A stretch of 64,000 bases of DNA. Origin: Mesotaenium endlicherianum (Eukaryota). The notes under the pieces were generated by a model. The model saw nothing but the letters and a program-made list of their open reading frames with translations, did no database searches and was not told where the DNA came from. This document shows positions 58,989 to 64,000 of the stretch, one piece after another (position 1 is the first letter of the stretch; each line of letters begins with the position of its first letter). Position numbers and translations under genes: made by a program. The DNA lies in the NCBI GenBank assembly GCA_009602735.1, contig WELA01003362.1:1-64000 (forward strand). The letters run 5' to 3'.

Positions 58989-59552
58989 ATGGCCATAAAA
59001 ATATATACGAAGACCGGCGATCTTGGTAAGACTTCACTGATTGGCGGAACCAAGGTTCCCAAAAGTCATATACGCATAGAAGCTTACGGTACGGTAGATG
59101 AATTGAATTCTTACATTGGGGTGGTGAACGACCTGGTTGCAGATGCGCATTCCAAAACAGTGTTGAAAGAAGTGCAGGACCGATTGTTTACCATCGGCGC
59201 CTCGCTGGCCTGCGACCCCGATAAGGAGCCGTTGATGAAAGTGCCCGATCTGAAAGAGGCCGACATCAGTTTCCTTGAACGGGAGATCGACAGGATGAAC
59301 GATGCATTACCGGTTATGAAATCTTTTATACTGCCGGGCGGCCATCCGGCCATTTCACATGCACATGTGGCGCGCTGTATTTGTCGCCGTGCAGAGCGTT
59401 GTTGCGTGCACATGCAGGAGCAGGCAATGTTCATAGAAGCATTGGTGATTAAATACCTGAACCGGTTGAGCGATTATTTGTTTATGTTATCGCGCTACTT
59501 AGGGCACCTGTTAGGCGTAGCGGAAATACCCTGGAAACCGAGAACCACCTGA
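58989..59552 (+). CDS. ATP:cob(I)alamin adenosyltransferase, PduO type
   Basis: KIYTKTGDLG.T, EAYGTVDELNS, FILPGG, RRAER, YLNRLSD; start moved to ATG 58989. Confidence 0.95.
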   Translation: MAIKIYTKTGDLGKTSLIGGTKVPKSHIRIEAYGTVDELNSYIGVVNDLVADAHSKTVLKEVQDRLFTIGASLACDPDKEPLMKVPDLKEADISFLEREIDRMNDALPVMKSFILPGGHPAISHAHVARCICRRAERCCVHMQEQAMFIEALVIKYLNRLSDYLFMLSRYLGHLLGVAEIPWKPRTT

Positions 59553-59553
59553 A

Positions 59554-59654
59554 CGTCATCCTGAGCGAGCGAAGCGAGTCGAAGGACCTGCTCAACATTC
59601 GTGTAGATCCCTCGGCTGCGCTCGGGATGACGATCGAGAGTACTCGGGATGACG
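59554..59654. repeat. CGTC double-hairpin element, copy 12 (59554-59632) plus duplicated end, between convergent genes
   Basis: Second CTCGGGATGACG ending 22 nt after the first end. Confidence 0.95.
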
Positions 59655-59655
59655 T

Positions 59656-60306
59656 TCAGATAATTCTTCCGTCCTTCATGTGCAACACCCTGTCGCTCAT
59701 GGCAGCGAGTTCTTCATTATGGGTAACGATCAGGAATGTTTGCTGGAACTCCTTTTGCAGTTGAACGAATAGCTCGTGAAGCGCTGCGGCATTGGTACTG
59801 TCGAGATTACCGGTGGGCTCATCGGCAAATACTATATCGGGTTGATTGATGAGCGCCCTGGCTACGGCAACGCGTTGCTGTTCGCCGCCCGATAATTGCT
59901 GGGGTTTATTGTGCAGCCGGTCTTCAAGACCCAACCGGGTTAAAAGGGCCGTAGCCCTTTCAGCTACTTCTTTTTTACGGGTTCCGGCTACCCAGCCGGG
60001 AATGGAAACATTTTCAAGGGCGGTGAATTCGGGCAGGAGATGATGGAACTGGAAAACGAACCCGATGTGCTGATTGCGAAAGGCAGCCAGTTTTTTGCCT
60101 TTGAGGAGGCCGATCTGCTGGTTGTTCAGCGTGATGGTACCGCTATCGGCATTGTCGAGCGTACCCAGGATATGCAGCAAAGTGCTTTTTCCAGCCCCCG
60201 AAGAGCCCACAATGCTTACGATCTCACCTTTTGAAACGGTGATATCCACGCCTTTCAATACTTGTAGACTGTCGTATCGTTTAGTGATCTGTTCTGCTTT
60301 CAGCAT
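59656..60306 (-). CDS. lolD: ABC ATP-binding protein, LolD-like
   Basis: GSSGAGKSTLLHILGTLD, GFVFQFHHLLPEF, LSGGEQQRVAVARAL; start at ATG 60306. Confidence 0.8.
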   Translation of the reverse strand: MLKAEQITKRYDSLQVLKGVDITVSKGEIVSIVGSSGAGKSTLLHILGTLDNADSGTITLNNQQIGLLKGKKLAAFRNQHIGFVFQFHHLLPEFTALENVSIPGWVAGTRKKEVAERATALLTRLGLEDRLHNKPQQLSGGEQQRVAVARALINQPDIVFADEPTGNLDSTNAAALHELFVQLQKEFQQTFLIVTHNEELAAMSDRVLHMKDGRII

Positions 60307-60425
60307 CTGGATGGTAGGTATTAGCCCTGCAAACGTACAACAGGGGGGATATATTGGGTAATTTTTGGACTGGGGTTTGGTGATATCATTTATACGGCTA
60401 CATTTGCAAAAAATTAGAGGTAAAT

Positions 60426-60647
60426 ATGTTCTGGACATTAGAATTAGCAAGTTACCTGGAAGAAGCTCCCTGGCCCGCCACCAAGGATGAACTGATCGAT
60501 TATTCCATCCGGAGCGGGGCGCCTATCGAAGTGGTAGAGAATCTTCAGGAACTCGAAGACGAGGGAGAAGTGTACGAGAGCATTGAAGATATCTGGCCCG
60601 ATTATCCCAGCCAGGAAGATTTTATGTTCAACGAAGACGAGTACTAA
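60426..60647 (+). CDS. DUF2795 domain protein
   Basis: MFWTLELASYLEEAPWPATKDELIDY..RSGAP.EV.ENL, conserved Bacteroidota small acidic protein; TACATTTG box at 60399-60406. Confidence 0.9.
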   Translation: MFWTLELASYLEEAPWPATKDELIDYSIRSGAPIEVVENLQELEDEGEVYESIEDIWPDYPSQEDFMFNEDEY

Positions 60648-60667
60648 GATCCCTTAAAATAGTTAGT

Positions 60668-60700
60668 GAGCCATTCATTTATGTGAATGGCTTTTTTGTT
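60668..60700 (+). terminator. Intrinsic terminator after the DUF2795 gene
   Basis: GAGCCATTCA-loop-TGAATGGCTT plus T-run. Confidence 0.8.
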
Positions 60701-60701
60701 T

Positions 60702-61520
60702 TTATCCTGTGATACCTAATTTCTGCATTACTTCCATACTCACACCAGTATTCGAATACCCCCCGTCGTGGAACAGGTTCTGCATGGTTACCATGCGTGT
60801 GAGATCGGAGAAAAGGGTGATGCAATAATTGGCGCAATCTTCGGCAGTGGCATTGCCCAACGGAGCAATGGCATTCGCATAATCATAAAAATCACCGAAG
60901 CCTTTGATACCGGTACCGGCGGTAGTTTTGGTGGGTGATTGCGAAACCGTATTGATGCGAACTTTTTTTGACAGACCATATTGATAACCAAAGCTACGTG
61001 CAATGGATTCCAGCATGGCTTTGATATCGGCCATATCGGTATAAAAAGGGAACACGCGCTGTGCGGCCATATAAGTGAGCGCTACCACGCTGCCCCATTC
61101 GTTGATGGCATCGAGTTTCCAGGCAACGGACAGCATCTTGTGTAAAGACATGGCCGATACATCGATCCCTTTCTGGAAATATTCGTAATTGGATTCAACA
61201 TAAGGAACGTTCTTACGCACGTTGACACTCATGCCAATGGAGTGCAATACAAAATCTATTTTGCCGCCCAATACTTCCTGCGATTTGGTAAACAGGTTGG
61301 TAAGGTCTTCAACGCTGGTTGCATCGGCCGGGATGATCTCGGAACCGGTTTTCTCTGCCAGTTTTTTGATCTCGCCCATGCGCATGGCGATGGGTGCATT
61401 GGTTAATACAAAACTGGCGCCTTCTTCGTGTGCTTTCTCTGCTACTTTCCAGGCAATGGAATTTTCATCCAGAGCGCCGGTAATGATTCCTCGTTTTCCT
61501 TTTAGTAAATTGTAAGCCAT
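60702..61520 (-). CDS. fabI: Enoyl-ACP reductase
   Basis: LLKGKRGII.GAL.ENSIAW, LHSIGM, Y.DM..K..LES, QNLFHDGG; start at ATG 61520. Confidence 0.9.
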   Translation of the reverse strand: MAYNLLKGKRGIITGALDENSIAWKVAEKAHEEGASFVLTNAPIAMRMGEIKKLAEKTGSEIIPADATSVEDLTNLFTKSQEVLGGKIDFVLHSIGMSVNVRKNVPYVESNYEYFQKGIDVSAMSLHKMLSVAWKLDAINEWGSVVALTYMAAQRVFPFYTDMADIKAMLESIARSFGYQYGLSKKVRINTVSQSPTKTTAGTGIKGFGDFYDYANAIAPLGNATAEDCANYCITLFSDLTRMVTMQNLFHDGGYSNTGVSMEVMQKLGITG

Positions 61521-61571
61521 AGCTATTGTTATAGGTTGGGTGTAAAAATAGGGAATATATGTTTTATTGTT

Positions 61572-61650
61572 CGTCATCCCGAGCGTAGCCGAGGGATCTG
61601 CCCGAATGCTCAGCAGCTCCTTCGACTCGCTTCGCTCGCTCAGGATGACG
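61572..61650. repeat. CGTC double-hairpin element, copy 13 (recN-fabI)
   Basis: Full copy. Confidence 0.95.
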
Positions 61651-61657
61651 ATTATTA

Positions 61658-63313
61658 TTAATCAGCAATCAACTCTTTTGCGTTCTCCAATGCAGCCGCC
61701 GTAGGCTTTTCGCCGCTGAGCATCTGGGCAATGGTGGTAATGCGTTCATCCTGGTTGAGCAGCCTGATATTGGTCTTGACCTGGTTGTTGACTACTTCTT
61801 TGTACACAAAGAAATGTGCATGGGCCTTGCCTGCGATCTGTGGCTGGTGCGTGATACAGATGATCTGCCGGCTCGCTGCCAATTCCTTCATGATAAGCCC
61901 TACCTGTTTGGCAGCTTCACCTGAAATGCCCGTATCTATTTCATCGAAGATCAGGGTAGGCAGGTTGATCGATTGAGCAACCAATGATTTGATGCAAAGC
62001 ATGAGCCTGCTCAATTCGCCGCCACTGGCCACTTTGCGAACAGGCTCGAAGCGGTTGCTTTTGTTGGCATCGAAAAGGAATTCCACCTGGTCCTTTCCAA
62101 ACGGCTGCAATGCCGTATCGTTGATTTGTACTTTGAGTCGCGCGTTGGGCATACCTACCTGTTTGAGCAAGTGGTTTACTTTTTCCTCGAGGGGTTTTAC
62201 CTGCTGGTGTCTTGCTTTGGAAATGGTGACAGCCAACTGGCTGGCCGACTCATATAAACGGGATTGCGCTGTTTCTTTAGCGGCGATAGCATCATCGATG
62301 TCCAGCACAGCCTGTAATTTATTTTCGAGCGCTGTTTGCAATTCGAGCAATTCGGCCGTGGTTTGCACCCCGTGTTTTTTCAACAATTTATATCCTTCGA
62401 CTAAGCGGTTATTGATCCACTCGATTCTTTTTTCATCGAAATGAACGCCATTGTTCAGGTGAACGGTTTCTGCTGCAATATCCTGTAACTCTACCTGGCT
62501 GCTCTGCAAACGTGCAATGAGTGCAGCAATATCGGCGTGATATGATGTGTACGATTGTAGCTGCTGGATGAGTTGTTTTAAAACAGTTGTCACGGGTTGC
62601 TCGCTTTCTTTCAATTCATAACAAACCCTGTCCAGCGCCACTTTAATGCCTTCTGAATTGCTTAATAATTTCAACTCCTGGTCCAGCTCTTCCAATTCAT
62701 TTTCGCGGAGACCGGCTTCATTCAGTTCATCGAAAAGAAATTGGTGGTAATCGGCTTCTTTGGTGAAGGCTGTTTTTTGATCCTGCAAGGCGGTGAGTTC
62801 TTTACTCACTGCATGCCATTGCCCGAAGAGAGATTGGTAATTGTCAAGCAACTGGTTATTGCCTGCAAGCGCATCCAGAACTTCGCGTTGAAAATCGGTG
62901 TCGCCCAACTCGAGTGTATCAAATTGCTGGTGGAGGTCAACCAACAGGGAAGCCAGTGTTTTCAACTGTTGCAAGGTAGCCGGTGTATCGTTGATGAAAG
63001 CGCGGGATTTGCCGTTGGCAGCGATTTCCCTGCGAAGGATCAGTTCTTCTTCTGCATCGAGTTCCTGCTCTTGCAAAAAAGCCAGTACTTGCTTGCGGTC
63101 TTCCACTGCAAAATAACCTTCAATAAAGCATTTTTTTTCTTTATTCACCAGCACGTTGCTGTCTGCCCTTTCACCCAGTATCAGGCTGAGTGCTCCCATC
63201 AATATACTCTTTCCTGCACCGGTTTCACCGGTGATCATATTCAACTGCGATGAAAAATCAATTTCAATCTCGTCGATGATCGCGTAATTCTGTATGATGA
63301 GTTTCTTTAACAC
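61658..63313 (-). CDS. recN: DNA repair protein RecN
   Basis: ITGETGAGKSI, VASGGELSR, IFDEIDTGISG, ITHQPQIA. Confidence 0.97.
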   Translation of the reverse strand: MLKKLIIQNYAIIDEIEIDFSSQLNMITGETGAGKSILMGALSLILGERADSNVLVNKEKKCFIEGYFAVEDRKQVLAFLQEQELDAEEELILRREIAANGKSRAFINDTPATLQQLKTLASLLVDLHQQFDTLELGDTDFQREVLDALAGNNQLLDNYQSLFGQWHAVSKELTALQDQKTAFTKEADYHQFLFDELNEAGLRENELEELDQELKLLSNSEGIKVALDRVCYELKESEQPVTTVLKQLIQQLQSYTSYHADIAALIARLQSSQVELQDIAAETVHLNNGVHFDEKRIEWINNRLVEGYKLLKKHGVQTTAELLELQTALENKLQAVLDIDDAIAAKETAQSRLYESASQLAVTISKARHQQVKPLEEKVNHLLKQVGMPNARLKVQINDTALQPFGKDQVEFLFDANKSNRFEPVRKVASGGELSRLMLCIKSLVAQSINLPTLIFDEIDTGISGEAAKQVGLIMKELAASRQIICITHQPQIAGKAHAHFFVYKEVVNNQVKTNIRLLNQDERITTIAQMLSGEKPTAAALENAKELIAD

Positions 63314-63329
63314 AGGAATGATGAAAAAA

Positions 63330-63406
63330 CAAAAATCAAAATTTAAAATTAAAAAGTCAAAAGTAAAAGTACGGTATCAGAAATCAACAAATCAGCCATC
63401 AGAAAT
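63330..63406. repeat. Two short degenerate heptamer tandem arrays
   Basis: CAAAAAT CAAAATT TAAAATT AAAAAGT CAAAAGT then ATCAGAA ATCAACA(A) ATCAGCC ATCAGAA. Confidence 0.5.
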
Positions 63407-63411
63407 TACGC

Positions 63412-64000
63412 TTACTCTCCTTTGCACCGGGCGATGCCTGATTTTGCTCTTTGATCGAGTGAATTTTTGTATTCATGGTCTCCCATATCGAGGCATTGCC
63501 GGTAATAGGAGATGGCAGTGGCTTTATCGCCTTTGGATTCATAGAGCTGACCTGCCTGCAACGCAGCCCTGGCTGCGAAATATTCGGTCCTGTTTGCACC
63601 GATGCGTATGGCTTGCTGGTAAAATGTAACAGCTTCTGCATCCCTGCCCAGGTCATCATAAATGCGGCCCATGCGGTAAACGAATTCCAGTTTCTCTTCT
63701 TCGCGCGTAAAGTCGCGTTCTGTCTTTCCATGCAACAGTGCCAATGCATCGTGATGGTAACCGCCATCATTCAGCAAGCGGGTCTTCAATAACAATACAT
63801 TGGGCCATCTGCCCGATTGGGCATCTTTCAACGCCTGCTTATCGGCATCGGAATCGGTAGCGCCGAGCGACAGTACATTTTTCCGCGCAGCCTCTGCCGC
63901 CTGCATATTGCCTTGCAGGTAATAACACCAGCTCAGTTTCTGGTAAGCGTCTTTCAGGTAGAATTTTCCTTTGAAACTGGATACAAACCTTTCCATGCAG
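63412..64000 (-). CDS. Tetratricopeptide-repeat protein, 5' end outside the window
   Basis: YRMGRIY...AV.FYQQAI and LQAGQLYE...AISYYRQC helical repeats. Confidence 0.8.
   Translation of the reverse strand, partial: CMERFVSSFKGKFYLKDAYQKLSWCYYLQGNMQAAEAARKNVLSLGATDSDADKQALKDAQSGRWPNVLLLKTRLLNDGGYHHDALALLHGKTERDFTREEEKLEFVYRMGRIYDDLGRDAEAVTFYQQAIRIGANRTEYFAARAALQAGQLYESKGDKATAISYYRQCLDMGDHEYKNSLDQRAKSGIARCKGE

Noticed and set aside
63294..63629. 111-aa plus-strand Lys-rich ORF
   Set aside because: Translation of the heptamer array plus antisense of the TPR gene

Overview
Bacterial chromosomal DNA from a member of the Bacteroidota, most consistent with Chitinophagaceae (TAnnTTTG promoter boxes, atpD-atpC split from the other atp genes, dcw cluster without murF, DUF2795, stand-alone gatC). 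From 1 to 25.4 kb are two converging surface-polysaccharide loci: three Wzi-like outer-membrane proteins, Wza/SLBB, Wzz, Wzx, Wzy, several glycosyltransferases and two initiating sugar transferases. The very AT-rich left end carries an acyltransferase-3 gene cleanly interrupted by a complete IS3-family element (4-bp AAAT duplication), plus a second IS3 end fragment. The polysaccharide region also contains a hipBA-type module and an orphan two-gene cassette with its own promoter. From 25.4 to 64 kb is mostly core genome: dut, envC, atpDC, queA, the mraZ-ftsZ dcw cluster, a fadN-like gene, gatC, fabI and recN. The most striking non-coding signal is a family of 13 ~80-bp CGTC-terminated double-hairpin elements. 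Every copy lies at or within 14 nt of a stop codon, five of the six dcw copies end exactly 13 nt before the next ATG, and several are nested or end-duplicated. Other unannotated signals are a second palindrome family (GGCTTAAGCC core) bracketing a small Lys-rich secreted protein gene, a 26-aa hydrophobic ORF with its own terminator, a DnaA-box cluster plus MraZ boxes in the dcw promoter, several probable leaderless genes, and a frameshift-truncated RelE-like toxin. No rRNA, tRNA or CRISPR array was seen. All coordinates and counts were read by hand, and no database searches were run.
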